NCBI GenBank assembly: GCA_965233585.1
Contig: CBDDTI010000295.1
Coordinates: 96,001-160,000, forward strand
DNA: 64,000 bases
Direction of reading: 5' to 3'
Source: a bacterium
Lineage (GTDB): Bacteria; SAR324; NAC60-12
The notes under the pieces were generated by a model, which ran no database searches, was not told the DNA's origin, and worked only from the letters and a program-made list of their open reading frames with translations. Numbering within the stretch: position 1 is the stretch's first letter; the number at the start of each line of letters is the position of its first letter. Made by a program: the position numbers and the translations under genes. Shown here one piece after another: positions 18,144-28,480 of the stretch.

Positions 18144-21100
18144 CTTCTCCTTCTCATCAACCAACCCAAGCAGAACAACAGGCGATTGAACTTGCCCAAA
18201 AATGGCTGGAAAACTGTCACAAATTGGCTCATCGTCAAGAAAAGCAAGAACAAAATAAATTTGCCAAATTGGTTTCTGACCCCAAAGGTAAGTATGTCCT
18301 GACTCACTTGCTAGACCGTGCCTTCCGCTCTACTACGCCTGCTCGGATTGTAGAACAAACACAGTATCTTTTCGCAAGAGACAACTTGCCACAGTTTTTG
18401 AAGTTTTGGGAGAAGGGGTTGATTCACTTGCTCCAAACATTTGGCTCATTCCTGCCTCAACTGACAGCTTTTTCATTGACACAAAAAATCAAGTGGGACG
18501 TCAAACGGGTGATTTTGTCTGGTGAAGAACCTGCTTTGAGCAAACATCTTGCCAAACGTTATCAAGACGGTGTCTCTATGAACCTCAACATTTTAGGTGA
18601 GATGGTTTTGGGAGAAAAAGAAGCACAGAATCGTTTGAATGCTTTTTTAAAAGCACTGGAACGTCCCGATGTAGATTACATTTCTATCAAAATTTCTGGA
18701 ATCTTTTCCCAAATCCACCCCCTAGGATATGAACAATCCAAAGAGGCACTCAAGCAACGACTTGCACAACTTTATCGTCAGGCACAAAACTATCCTTCGC
18801 AACGGACAGGCAAGGCAAAGTTTATCAATTTGGACATGGAAGAATACCGTGACACTGAATTGACGATTGATGTCTTCAAAGAAACTTTGGAACAAGAAGA
18901 ATTTCACCAACTGCATGCTGGGATTGTGTTACAAGCCTATTTACCTGATTCGTGGCATTATCAAAAAGACCTGATAGCGTGGTCTAAGAAACGTCTCATC
19001 AACGGAGGCACTCCCATTAAAATTCGTTTGGTGAAGGGGGCAAACTTACAGATGGAGGCAGTGGAATCTGCCATACACGGTTGGGAATGCCCTGTCGTCA
19101 GAAGCAAGGTGCAAGCTGATGCCAATTATAAACGTATGCTAGAGACAGGGATTCGCCAAGAAAACATTCAAGCCGCTCATCTAGGCGTTGCCTCGCATAA
19201 TCTGTTTGACCTCGCTTATGCTGCTGTCCTTGCTGAAGAAGGACAAGTTTGGGAACATTTTACTTTTGAAATGCTAGAAGGCATGGCAGAGTCCCTCTGG
19301 AGGACTTTGCATGCAGAGTCTAAACCCGTTTTGCTTTACGTCCCTGTTGCAGAACCCCAACACTTTTTAAACGCTGTCGCTTACCTTGTGAGAAGACTTG
19401 ATGAAAATACTGCACCTGATAATTTTTTAGCTCACTCTTTTGGTCTTTCCTGTCCCAGTCCAGAATGGGATTTTCTCAAACAACAATTTTTAGACTCTTG
19501 CCAAATCAAGCACACGCTGACAGACCAGCCTTATCGCACACAACACAGAACACTAGAAGCAGGCAGTGTGACGCCTCATCATCAACCTTTTCAAAATGAA
19601 CCAGACACCGATTGGCATCTTCCCCAAAATCGGCTTTGGGCTGAAGCAATTCGTCAAAGATGGCAAAACCACAAGCTCATTGAAGTCCCTGTCCAGATTG
19701 GCTCAAAGCAACTTCAAAGCAACGAATATCAAGACTTCTACGACCCTAACACTAACGACAAACGACACGTCTATCGCATCTCTCTTTCTGATGAGCAGAA
19801 TGTCCTTGAGGCATTGAAAGTTGCTGAAAATGACCCAAGTGAGTGGAGTCAAACCACAACAGAACACCGTTGCCAAATTTTAAGCCGTGTTGCCCAAGGG
19901 TTCCGCAAGAAACGAGGGGATATGATTGGGTGCATGGCAGCAGTGACAGGAAAAGTTTTTTTGGAATCTGACCCCGAAATTTCAGAAGCGATTGATTTTG
20001 CAGAATACTATCCAAGGACGTTCAAAGATTTTGAAGACACTCTGCCACATCTCAAATTTTCTCCCAAAGGTGTGATTTTAGTCATTGCCCCTTGGAACTT
20101 TCCAATGGCAATCCCTGCTGGCGGAGTCTTAGCCGCTTTGACTTGTGGCAATCGTGTGTTACTGAAGCCTGCCCCGGAAGCCTTTCCCATTGCGTGGGAA
20201 TTTGCACAATGCTTTTGGCAGGCAGGAGTTCCCAAAGAAGCCTTTCAACTTGTCTGTTGCGAGGAAGGCAAGGTACTGGATACACTGGTTGGTCATTCCA
20301 GCATCAAACATCTCATTTTGACTGGTGGGACTGAAACAGCTTTAAAAATTCTAAAAAGACGCCCTGACATTCCTTTGTCTGCTGAAACAGGAGGCAAGAA
20401 TGCGACCATCATTTCTGCAACTGCTGACTTAGACCAAGCCGTGAAAGATGTGGTTCATTCTGCATTTTCTAATGCAGGTCAAAAATGTTCTTGCACTTCT
20501 TTGCTTGTGGTAGAAAAAGATGTCTTTGACGAACCTCAATTTGCAGAAAAGCTCAAAGATGCCGCAGAAAGTTTTAAAATAGGGTCTGCATGGGATTTGT
20601 CATCTGACGCAGGTCCAATGATCCAAATGCCAAATGCTCTACAAAAACGGGGTTTTGAAGAATTGACTCAAGGAGAACAGTGGCTTGTGAAAGCAAGATC
20701 ATTGAATCCTAAAATTTGGTCTCCTGCAGTGCGTTGGAACACGCCTCCTCAATCTTTTGCTCATCAATTTGAATTTTTTGCACCCATCTTGTCTGTCATG
20801 CGTGCTGAAAGTCTGCAACATGCCATAGAACTTGCCAATGCCACAGAATACGGACTCACCTCAGGCTTACAAAGTCTTGACGAACGAGAGCAAGAAGAAT
20901 GGAAGAAACGCATTCAAGCAGGCAATCTGTATATCAACAGAGGCACAACTGGTGCAATTGTACGAAGGCAACCTTTTGGAGGTCTGAAAAAGTCTGCCAT
21001 GGGTCAAGGAACTAAAGCAGGGGGTCCAAACTACGTCTTACAATTCTGCAATGTTGAAAGAATTGGCAAAATTGAAGAAAAGGACAGTCAAACTCATTCT

Positions 21101-21685
21101 GTCAAAACACAAAATGCTTTGAAATCTGTACCAGCTTTGCTCAAAAATATTGAAAAGGAATCACATCTTTTACACTCGGTCAAAGAGTTTGCATGGCAAT
21201 ATCAATCTTGTTTTGAAAAGCATTTTTCCGGTGAGGTAGATTTTTCTCATGTTTTAGGACAACATAACGTATTCCGCTATCTTCCTGCAGGTTTAGTGAG
21301 CCTGAGAATTGGAGAACATGCCAACCAAGAAGAAGTCTTGCTCACCATACTTGCAGCGCATTTGACTCATAATTCTGTGCAGGTCAGCATGAGTTCAAAA
21401 AGTCCAGCGAAAGAAAAAATTAAAGAAATTTGTAAGTTGTGCCGATATGATTGGAAAGAGGAAAAACTTGATGATGCCATCGGGCAAATCTCAAAAGCAC
21501 AACGGATTCGTGCGGTGGGTTGCACGCCTGATGAAATCAGTGCTTTGGCAAATGCTTTGGCTGAAGTTGGAAAACAAGTTTTTTCTGTTCCAAACACCCA
21601 AGAGGCAAGAATTGAAATGCTTTATTATCTACAAGAACAAAGTATCAGCGTCAATTATCACCGATACGGTTATTTGGGAATTTAA
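18140..21685 (+). CDS. putA: Bifunctional proline dehydrogenase / P5C dehydrogenase
   Basis: LDMEEY, RLVKGA, ASHN, YLVRRLDEN, then ALDH motifs PWNFP, ETGGKN, GQKCS and QPFGG. Confidence 0.95.
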   Translation: MTSPSHQPTQAEQQAIELAQKWLENCHKLAHRQEKQEQNKFAKLVSDPKGKYVLTHLLDRAFRSTTPARIVEQTQYLFARDNLPQFLKFWEKGLIHLLQTFGSFLPQLTAFSLTQKIKWDVKRVILSGEEPALSKHLAKRYQDGVSMNLNILGEMVLGEKEAQNRLNAFLKALERPDVDYISIKISGIFSQIHPLGYEQSKEALKQRLAQLYRQAQNYPSQRTGKAKFINLDMEEYRDTELTIDVFKETLEQEEFHQLHAGIVLQAYLPDSWHYQKDLIAWSKKRLINGGTPIKIRLVKGANLQMEAVESAIHGWECPVVRSKVQADANYKRMLETGIRQENIQAAHLGVASHNLFDLAYAAVLAEEGQVWEHFTFEMLEGMAESLWRTLHAESKPVLLYVPVAEPQHFLNAVAYLVRRLDENTAPDNFLAHSFGLSCPSPEWDFLKQQFLDSCQIKHTLTDQPYRTQHRTLEAGSVTPHHQPFQNEPDTDWHLPQNRLWAEAIRQRWQNHKLIEVPVQIGSKQLQSNEYQDFYDPNTNDKRHVYRISLSDEQNVLEALKVAENDPSEWSQTTTEHRCQILSRVAQGFRKKRGDMIGCMAAVTGKVFLESDPEISEAIDFAEYYPRTFKDFEDTLPHLKFSPKGVILVIAPWNFPMAIPAGGVLAALTCGNRVLLKPAPEAFPIAWEFAQCFWQAGVPKEAFQLVCCEEGKVLDTLVGHSSIKHLILTGGTETALKILKRRPDIPLSAETGGKNATIISATADLDQAVKDVVHSAFSNAGQKCSCTSLLVVEKDVFDEPQFAEKLKDAAESFKIGSAWDLSSDAGPMIQMPNALQKRGFEELTQGEQWLVKARSLNPKIWSPAVRWNTPPQSFAHQFEFFAPILSVMRAESLQHAIELANATEYGLTSGLQSLDEREQEEWKKRIQAGNLYINRGTTGAIVRRQPFGGLKKSAMGQGTKAGGPNYVLQFCNVERIGKIEEKDSQTHSVKTQNALKSVPALLKNIEKESHLLHSVKEFAWQYQSCFEKHFSGEVDFSHVLGQHNVFRYLPAGLVSLRIGEHANQEEVLLTILAAHLTHNSVQVSMSSKSPAKEKIKEICKLCRYDWKEEKLDDAIGQISKAQRIRAVGCTPDEISALANALAEVGKQVFSVPNTQEARIEMLYYLQEQSISVNYHRYGYLGI

Positions 21686-21756
21686 AATCTTTTTCAAAGC
21701 ACACGTCTTTGTTTCAAGGGCATTAGATAAATTTCATAAAAATACATTTTACTAAA

Positions 21757-22503
21757 ATGCGTACTCTACTTTTTATGACTTTGTTTTGTTTGATTTTGTC
21801 TAGCATTCCAGATGATTTACAAGCAAGAAGAAGGCAGAAGCCCAAAAATATCAAAATCGGTTTGCAAAGGTGGGTCAATAACGTGACCTACAATTACCAA
21901 ACTCGTACAGATGAAGGCTTTTCTAACGGAGAACTGGAAGAAACTAATGTCTCTTCCAGTGGGGAGATGTCTGATACAGCATTGCTGATGGAATATGTGA
22001 TTGCAACTCGTGTTGGGGTAGAAGCAGGGGTGGGTCTCATTCCATCTGTGAGAGATTTTGAGCTGAAAACAGACCGCCAAACGATTGGAGACGTCAAACA
22101 AACACTAACACTTTCATACTATTTTGGACTTAATGCCTATTTTTCTGCATTCACTGGCAACGGATTCAAGCCATTTGCAGGGATAGGCATCAGCTCATTT
22201 CAAGTCAGTAGCGTCTATTCTAATGGTGGCAGAATCAATATAGATTTGTCCGCAGATGAAAGTGCCGAGGTAGTCAGTAACTTCCCTGAAAAACAAACGA
22301 TGTCAGCAGTCGTGCAAGGGCAATATCTTAAACTAGGTTTTGATTGGATGATTGATGCGGCAGGGCTAAGAGTGCAATATGTTTATTTGCAAGATGCAAA
22401 GACGACCACAGAACAAACTAAAAAAACATTGTTAGACCAAAAGCAACAAGAAACTATTCAATTGAATGGTGGAATCAACATTGGCATCTTTTTTGCCTTC
22501 TAG
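21757..22503 (+). CDS. Putative outer-membrane beta-barrel protein (OmpW/OmpA-like)
   Basis: Signal peptide, alternating amphipathic strands, FKPFAGIG and a C-terminal Phe. Confidence 0.55.
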   Translation: MRTLLFMTLFCLILSSIPDDLQARRRQKPKNIKIGLQRWVNNVTYNYQTRTDEGFSNGELEETNVSSSGEMSDTALLMEYVIATRVGVEAGVGLIPSVRDFELKTDRQTIGDVKQTLTLSYYFGLNAYFSAFTGNGFKPFAGIGISSFQVSSVYSNGGRINIDLSADESAEVVSNFPEKQTMSAVVQGQYLKLGFDWMIDAAGLRVQYVYLQDAKTTTEQTKKTLLDQKQQETIQLNGGINIGIFFAF

Positions 22504-22693
22504 CCTGACTGCTTCTTCAAATCATTCAAATTGCAAAGGTTGTCTCTTCATCACTGATGAAAAAATAAAACCGTCCATGAACCCAAAAAAGCGATTTTTT
22601 GGGATTTTGCTTGCGTTTTTGTCAAAAAACTGCGACAACTTCAATCTGGTTAAGAAAGAAATCTGATTAAGACACATTGACCTAGTAAACAAA

Positions 22694-23080
22694 ATGGACC
22701 AAACAGTTCACGGAATCATCTCACTAATTTGTATGGGGAACCGTCAAAACTATCGGATTGAATTGAGTGCATACCAATCATGGCAGATTGATGGAATGAC
22801 ATTGGAAGAACTCAATCTTTACTTTCCTGAGGTATTGGAAACCTGCCACAAAGAAGCATTTGACCACGGCAGACTTGATGATTTTATAGAACAACAAAGT
22901 GCTAATGACGTCAGAGTCATTTTTACAATCGTTCCTCACACAAAGCAAACGATGCAAAAACGACTGGAACATCATCGCAAAATGGTTGCAACCTTTGAAA
23001 GCTATCGCAACCTCCAACGCTACCTCAAAGCAACCTTCAAACACACTTCAATCCGAGCAGACAAATCGCTCAATACTTAA
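22694..23080 (+). CDS. Hypothetical protein
   Basis: 128-aa ORF filling the gap; no recognised motif. Confidence 0.5.
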   Translation: MDQTVHGIISLICMGNRQNYRIELSAYQSWQIDGMTLEELNLYFPEVLETCHKEAFDHGRLDDFIEQQSANDVRVIFTIVPHTKQTMQKRLEHHRKMVATFESYRNLQRYLKATFKHTSIRADKSLNT

Positions 23081-23158
23081 TCAGTCCGTTTGGAAGTTTG
23101 CCTGCCAAAACTGGTTTGAAAAGCCCCCGAACCCAGCATGCAACTGCTTTCAAAAAAC

Positions 23159-24580
23159 TTACATGTTTGGCAGTAACATATTGATAATAGGAATGGACAG
23201 TTGATTGGCTTGAGCCGCTGCTGCACTAGAGGCATTGGTTAGAATCTGGTACCTTGTAATGTCAGACAAGGTTTTGACAATGTCTGCATCACGCACTGTA
23301 GACTCTGCTGCCAACAAATTCTCTGCTGTAATTCGCAAAACTGCCACATTACTTTCCAGAGAATTTTTTTGAGTCGCACCCAAATCCCCCCTCATTTTTG
23401 AAACTTCAGTGATGGCTTTGTCAATCAAACGTATCGCATCGGACGCATTTTCTACAGTCTCTACTTCAATGTCAGAGAGACTTGAAAATAGACTGTCATT
23501 TTGCACCCCTCTGCCCAATGAACTGGTAGAGACACTATTGAGAGCCAGCCCAACTCTTTGATCCACATTCTGCCCCACCTGAAACTGCAAGGAGTTTTGA
23601 GAGACACTGACAGTGCCATTGAACCCCAAAACTGGCTCACGCACAAAGACAGAAAGCCCATCAGTAAAGCGATTCCCTTCTGCACCTGTGAGAGTCCGAC
23701 CTTTCCCAACTGCTGCCTCGCCATTAATTGTGCCTTGAATGTCTGACCCGTTGCGAATCTCTTCAGTCTGACCACCGATTAAGCCCAAAGTGTCTTCAGA
23801 GACAGTGATAGAAAAGCTATTGTCTTGACCATATTTTTTATGGAAGATGAAGAGTGACACGCCATCATATTCCACCTCTAAATTCAGACCTGCCCGTTCT
23901 ATTGAACTGGATAAGCGACTCACAAATAAATCAGGAGCCTCATCTTCTCGTCCAACTAAACGGATAGATTTACCCCCTTCATTGAGAGTCATCACTAATC
24001 CCTCAGGATCATCAGCAAATTGCCCAGAGATTTCAGAACGTGTGGCTGTTTCTATCACGTCTATTTCATAGCCCTCCACAGGTGAAGAACGTGTTTTGTC
24101 TGTTGCTCCCAAGAAGTCCACAAACTGATTAGAAGCCACGCCTGAAACACCATTGCTGCCATCAAGCAAGAATTTATTCCCAAAACGTGTGGTGTTGGCA
24201 ATTCTTTCAATGGTATCGAGCGCATTTCGGAGTTGATTTTGCAGAGAGGCTCTTGCAATTTCGTCATTTGAGGCTTCATTGGCAGCTGCCAATGAAAGTT
24301 GCCTTGCTTCAATGAGTAAATTATTGACCTCAGACAAAGCACCTTCTGCTGTTTGCACAACAGAAATAGAGATTTCAGAGTTTTTAATGGCTTGTTCCAC
24401 ACTTGCAATTTGCGCTCTCAAATTCTCTGAAATGATCAAGCCCGCAGGGTCATCTCCACCATGATTGATACGTTGCCCTGAAGACAATTTTTCTAATGAT
24501 TTGGAGAGTTCACTTTGAGTCCAAGACAAATGTCTTAAAGCATTCAAAGATTGTGTATTGTTTCGGATATTGATTGCCAT
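23159..24580 (-). CDS. Flagellin (divergent paralog, 473 aa)
   Basis: LEKLSSGQRIN...DDPAGL.ISE.LRAQI; C-terminal AAES.VRDAD and AQANQ. Confidence 0.95.
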   Translation of the reverse strand: MAINIRNNTQSLNALRHLSWTQSELSKSLEKLSSGQRINHGGDDPAGLIISENLRAQIASVEQAIKNSEISISVVQTAEGALSEVNNLLIEARQLSLAAANEASNDEIARASLQNQLRNALDTIERIANTTRFGNKFLLDGSNGVSGVASNQFVDFLGATDKTRSSPVEGYEIDVIETATRSEISGQFADDPEGLVMTLNEGGKSIRLVGREDEAPDLFVSRLSSSIERAGLNLEVEYDGVSLFIFHKKYGQDNSFSITVSEDTLGLIGGQTEEIRNGSDIQGTINGEAAVGKGRTLTGAEGNRFTDGLSVFVREPVLGFNGTVSVSQNSLQFQVGQNVDQRVGLALNSVSTSSLGRGVQNDSLFSSLSDIEVETVENASDAIRLIDKAITEVSKMRGDLGATQKNSLESNVAVLRITAENLLAAESTVRDADIVKTLSDITRYQILTNASSAAAAQANQLSIPIINMLLPNM

Positions 24581-24592
24581 GATGCCTCCAAA

Positions 24593-26080
24593 TTATTGAG
24601 ATGCTAAAAGCCCCAAAACGTTTTGGGGCATGGCATTGGCTTGTGCAAGCTGTGCAGTTGCCGCTTGTGTCAAAATTTGACTTCTTGTGAAGTTTGTCAA
24701 CTCTTGAGCCATGTCTGCATCACGCAAGACGGATTCTGCGGCAGTCAGATTCTCTGCTGCCACCCTGAGAGAGTAGATGTTACTTTCTAAGGTGTTGCGT
24801 TGAAATGCTCCAAGTAGCCCCCGATTTGCAGAGATTTCCTCAATCGCTTTATCTACAAGCCTGATGGAATCTTGGGCACCTTGACCCGTACGGACATCTA
24901 CATCAGCAAGAGAAGAAAACCCGCTGTTGTTGTTAATGTCTCTTGCAATTTGAGTAGAGCTTGTGTCAAGCATACTGACAGCAACCGTCTGTCCTTCGTT
25001 TGCACCTACCTGGAATTGGAGTGCATTTTGTTTGACACGCACCAGTCCGACCACCGAATTTTCAGGTGCAGAACCATTGACCCGCAATCTGAGACCATCA
25101 GTAGATCTGTTGCCTCTCTTGCCAATCATCACATCGCCATCGCCAATGGCAATTTCTCCATTGATGGTGCCGCGAATATCTGTTCCGTAGCTGACAACTT
25201 CCTCATTCTCAAGAGTCGTCCCTTGTTCTCCAAGGAAAATACCTGCTTCTGTGCTAGAGGCACTGAAACCTTTTTTGCTTCCATACTGATTATGAACAAC
25301 GCTAAAAGCCCCTGAGGCTGCCCCCCTTGGCACGTCATGCTCAATACTGATGTCAAGCCCTGCCCTTTCAATCGCAGCTGCCAGACCTTCTAGTGCTGTG
25401 CTGACAGAGTCTTGCTCAGTGGCTTTGTATTTGACAACTTTGCCCTCTGAACGGACAGAAAGCACGACACCATTTTCAATGGCATCTTGGGACAGAGTTC
25501 CATCTAAAGTGGCTCGTGTTGCATTTTCTGAGACAAAGACTTCATACCCTTGATCATCTCCGACCTTAGTTGCCGCAGATGCTTTGAGAAACTGCACGAC
25601 TTTTTTCCCATCAGCAGACAAGACTAAATCTTGGGTGCTTCCAGTGGTTGCACGACTTCCATCAAGCAAGCGACGTTGTCCAAACTGCGTGTTTTGTGCA
25701 ATTCGGTCAATCGCAGCAAGTGCATTTTCAATTTCTGCTTGGTCTGCCGCAAGTTGTGTCTCGTCATTGATTCCCTCGTTGGCAGCATGCACAGCTCGTT
25801 GCCGAATGTCAATTAAAAGACGATTGACTTCTGTCAATGCACCTTCTGCTGTTTGTACCAATGACACAGCAGCTTCGTTGTTATCCAAAGCCTGCGTCAA
25901 GCCCCCAATTTGGGCACGCATGTGTTCTGAAATGACTAGCGTCGCAGGTCCTTCTGCTGCTGAATTGACTTTGATCCCTGAAGATAAGCGTTGAAGTGTT
26001 CTTCCTAAATCTTGGTCGTTTTTTAACATCAAACGGTGTGCATTCATTGCATTGATGTTATGGTTAATTCTAACTCCCAT
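24593..26080 (-). CDS. Flagellin (495 aa)
   Basis: LQRLSSG.K.NSAAEGPA; C-terminal AAESVLRDADMA and LAQAN..PQ.VL.LL. Confidence 0.95.
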   Translation of the reverse strand: MGVRINHNINAMNAHRLMLKNDQDLGRTLQRLSSGIKVNSAAEGPATLVISEHMRAQIGGLTQALDNNEAAVSLVQTAEGALTEVNRLLIDIRQRAVHAANEGINDETQLAADQAEIENALAAIDRIAQNTQFGQRRLLDGSRATTGSTQDLVLSADGKKVVQFLKASAATKVGDDQGYEVFVSENATRATLDGTLSQDAIENGVVLSVRSEGKVVKYKATEQDSVSTALEGLAAAIERAGLDISIEHDVPRGAASGAFSVVHNQYGSKKGFSASSTEAGIFLGEQGTTLENEEVVSYGTDIRGTINGEIAIGDGDVMIGKRGNRSTDGLRLRVNGSAPENSVVGLVRVKQNALQFQVGANEGQTVAVSMLDTSSTQIARDINNNSGFSSLADVDVRTGQGAQDSIRLVDKAIEEISANRGLLGAFQRNTLESNIYSLRVAAENLTAAESVLRDADMAQELTNFTRSQILTQAATAQLAQANAMPQNVLGLLASQ

Positions 26081-26113
26081 GATAACCTCGTTATAGTTTA
26101 AAGATTAAAAAAT

Positions 26114-26150
26114 GATTCCTCCATAGAACTACATTGATTCCCTCCATAGG
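26114..26150 (-). promoter_or_regulatory. Two direct-repeat ATGGA (CsrA-type) motifs in the leader of the 26080 flagellin
   Basis: CTATGGAGGGAATCA and CTATGGAGGAATCA on the minus strand. Confidence 0.55.
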
Positions 26151-26153
26151 TTT

Positions 26154-26184
26154 AAAAAGAAGCCTATCAAACATAGACTTCTTC
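26154..26184 (-). terminator. Intrinsic terminator after the 26216..27661 flagellin
   Basis: GAAGTCTAT-GTTTG-ATAGGCTTC followed by TTTTT on the minus strand. Confidence 0.7.
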
Positions 26185-26215
26185 AAAAATTGAAAGTCTT
26201 TTTCAAGACAAAGAT

Positions 26216-27661
26216 TTATCCAAGTAAGGACAACACCATCTGGTCTTTGGTGTTTGCCTGTGCCAGCATAGCGGTTGCCGATTGCATCATAATCTGATTC
26301 TTGGTGAAGGTTGTCATCTCTTCTGCCATGTCTGTATCACGAATCACAGACTCTGCAGAGATTAGGTTTTCACTAGCCACACGCAGATTGTTGAGATTAC
26401 TTTGCAAGGTGTTTTTTTGGAATGCCCCAAGCTTTCCACGTTCTATGGTCGTTTCTTCTATCGCTTGGTCTATGATACTTAATGAATCCTGTGCAGAACG
26501 AAAGGACGTCACATCTACTTCTTCCAAAGATTTGATGTCACTGACGTTCTCCAGTCCTTTCCCCAATGCAGAAGGCGCCATGTTTCTTAACGACACAGCG
26601 ATCGTTTGACCTTCATTTGCACCAATTTGAAATTGCAATGAATTTTGAAACACTGACACAGTCCCTGCAATTTGGGCTTGTCCTTCTGAAATGGCTTCTC
26701 CGTTATAACGAACGGCAAGCCCTGCAATGTTGGGTGCATTGTCTTTGCCTGTTAAAATCTGCCCACGACCGACGGCATCTTCCCCGTTGATTGTGCCTTT
26801 GACGTCTGCTCCTCTCTCTGCTTCCTGTGTGACATTACCTATGTCAGACAACACACCCCCCGTCTCTGATGACACCGAAAAAGAGTTCTCACTCCCGTAT
26901 TCTTGATGCGTCAATGTGACACTTCCATTGTCATTCTTAGAGACCTCTATCTTCAGTCCTGCGGCTGCAATTTTAGATTTCAGTTCATTGATGTTGCTGT
27001 CCAGATTCTCTCCTGCAATGGTTGTGAAAGAGACAGTTTTACCCCCCTCACTGACAGTGAGAGTTTCCCCATCATCTATCAGCTGTTGAGTCAAAGCCAC
27101 ACTACCTGTGACAGAAGTCTTAGATGCCACTTGCGAAATCTCAACATCATAACCCTCTATGGGTGATGTGTTGGTGTTGGGTCCTGCAGAGACAAACTGC
27201 AGACCTTCTCCATTTGCCACTCCGTTTGCACCACGACTGCCATTGAGCAGTTGCTTTTTGCCAAATTGGGTGTTTTGGGCAATTCTTTCAATGGTAGCAA
27301 GGGCATTGTCTATCTCTGCTTGGTCTGCCTCAAGCATCTTTTCATCGTTCACACCTGTATTGCTGGCATGAATAGCAAGCTGACGAACATCTACAAGCAG
27401 CTTATTCACTTCTTGCAATGCTCCTTCTGCGGTTTGCACCATAGAAATCCCACTTTCAGAGTTGTCTATCGCTTGTTCAAGTCCTGCAATCTGCGCTCGC
27501 ATTTGCTCTGAAATCACAAGCGATGCAGGACCATCTGCGGCACGATTGATCTTCTCCCCAGATGAAAGTTTTTCTAGGGTTTTGGCTGAATTAAACGCAG
27601 CACTCCCTAATTGACGCTGCGTGTTGATGGCACTAATATTGTGTTTGATTCTAAACATCAT
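26216..27661 (-). CDS. Flagellin, near-identical triplet copy A
   Basis: Conserved flagellin N- and C-terminal domains; AAGGAGG RBS. Confidence 0.96.
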   Translation of the reverse strand: MMFRIKHNISAINTQRQLGSAAFNSAKTLEKLSSGEKINRAADGPASLVISEQMRAQIAGLEQAIDNSESGISMVQTAEGALQEVNKLLVDVRQLAIHASNTGVNDEKMLEADQAEIDNALATIERIAQNTQFGKKQLLNGSRGANGVANGEGLQFVSAGPNTNTSPIEGYDVEISQVASKTSVTGSVALTQQLIDDGETLTVSEGGKTVSFTTIAGENLDSNINELKSKIAAAGLKIEVSKNDNGSVTLTHQEYGSENSFSVSSETGGVLSDIGNVTQEAERGADVKGTINGEDAVGRGQILTGKDNAPNIAGLAVRYNGEAISEGQAQIAGTVSVFQNSLQFQIGANEGQTIAVSLRNMAPSALGKGLENVSDIKSLEEVDVTSFRSAQDSLSIIDQAIEETTIERGKLGAFQKNTLQSNLNNLRVASENLISAESVIRDTDMAEEMTTFTKNQIMMQSATAMLAQANTKDQMVLSLLG

Positions 27662-27682
27662 AACCTCCTTGGTTTGATTGAA

Positions 27683-27698
27683 ATGCTATCCATAGCAT
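27683..27698 (-). promoter_or_regulatory. CsrA-type hairpin in the flagellin A leader
   Basis: ATGCTA-TGGA-TAGCAT, plus a second ANGGA overlapping the SD (CAAGGAGG). Confidence 0.7.
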
Positions 27699-27754
27699 AA
27701 AAAAACCCCTGATACATTCAAAGGCAACTTAAAAATTGTAAATTGTGAATGGTT

Positions 27755-28436
27755 AAATCTATTTATCCGTTGTCATTAGACACTCCTCCCTGAATCTCTC
27801 ATCAAAAAACTAGAGACTCTTAAAAAATGCTCCTTCCTCTTCTCCAATCCTTTCCAGAGACAAAGAAGAAACTCAAAAAAAACAAAAATCCAAAAAACTC
27901 CTCACGTTCTGATGACTTTTGTCAAATCCGTTGATCCATTGTCAAAGACACGTCTCCCTGAATCTCTCATCAAAAAACTAGAGACTCCTAGAAAATGCTC
28001 CTTCCTCTTCTGCAATCCTTTCCAGATTGAAAGAAGAAGAAGCTCAACAAAACAAAAATCCAAAAAACTCCTCACGTTCTGACGACTTTTGTCAAATCCA
28101 TTTATCCGTTGTCATTAGACACTCCTCCCTGAATCTCTCATCAAAAAACTAGAGACTCCTAAAAAATGCTCATTCCTCTTCTCCAATCCTTTCCAGAGAC
28201 AAAGAAGAAACTCAAAAAAAACAAAAATCCCAAAAAACTCCTCACGTTCTGACGACTTTTTGTCAAATCCGTTGATCCATTGTCAAAGACACGTCTCCCT
28301 GAATCTCTTAATCAAAACATCACGGACTCCTAAAAACTGCGGTTCGCTCTCCAATCCTTGCCAGAAACAAAGAAGAAGAAACTCAACAAAACAAAAATTC
28401 CAAAAAACTCCTCACGTTCTGATGAATTTTTTGTCA
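27755..28436. repeat. Intergenic array 1: four ~170-bp imperfect tandem repeats (A-B-A-B)
   Basis: Units start at about 27755, 27921, 28091 and 28262 and share CTCCCTGAATCTCT...CAATCCTT.CCAGA...CTCCTCACGTTCTGA. Confidence 0.95.
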
Positions 28437-28480
28437 GCATCAAGCAAAGACTTCCTGCCTGATGCCAATTCAAAAATCCA

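Noticed and set aside
28437..28465. Hairpin after flagellin B as an intrinsic terminator
   Set aside because: An imperfect stem is present, but on the minus strand it is followed by an A-run rather than a U-run. It is more likely a stabilising or processing stem that allows read-through into the array.
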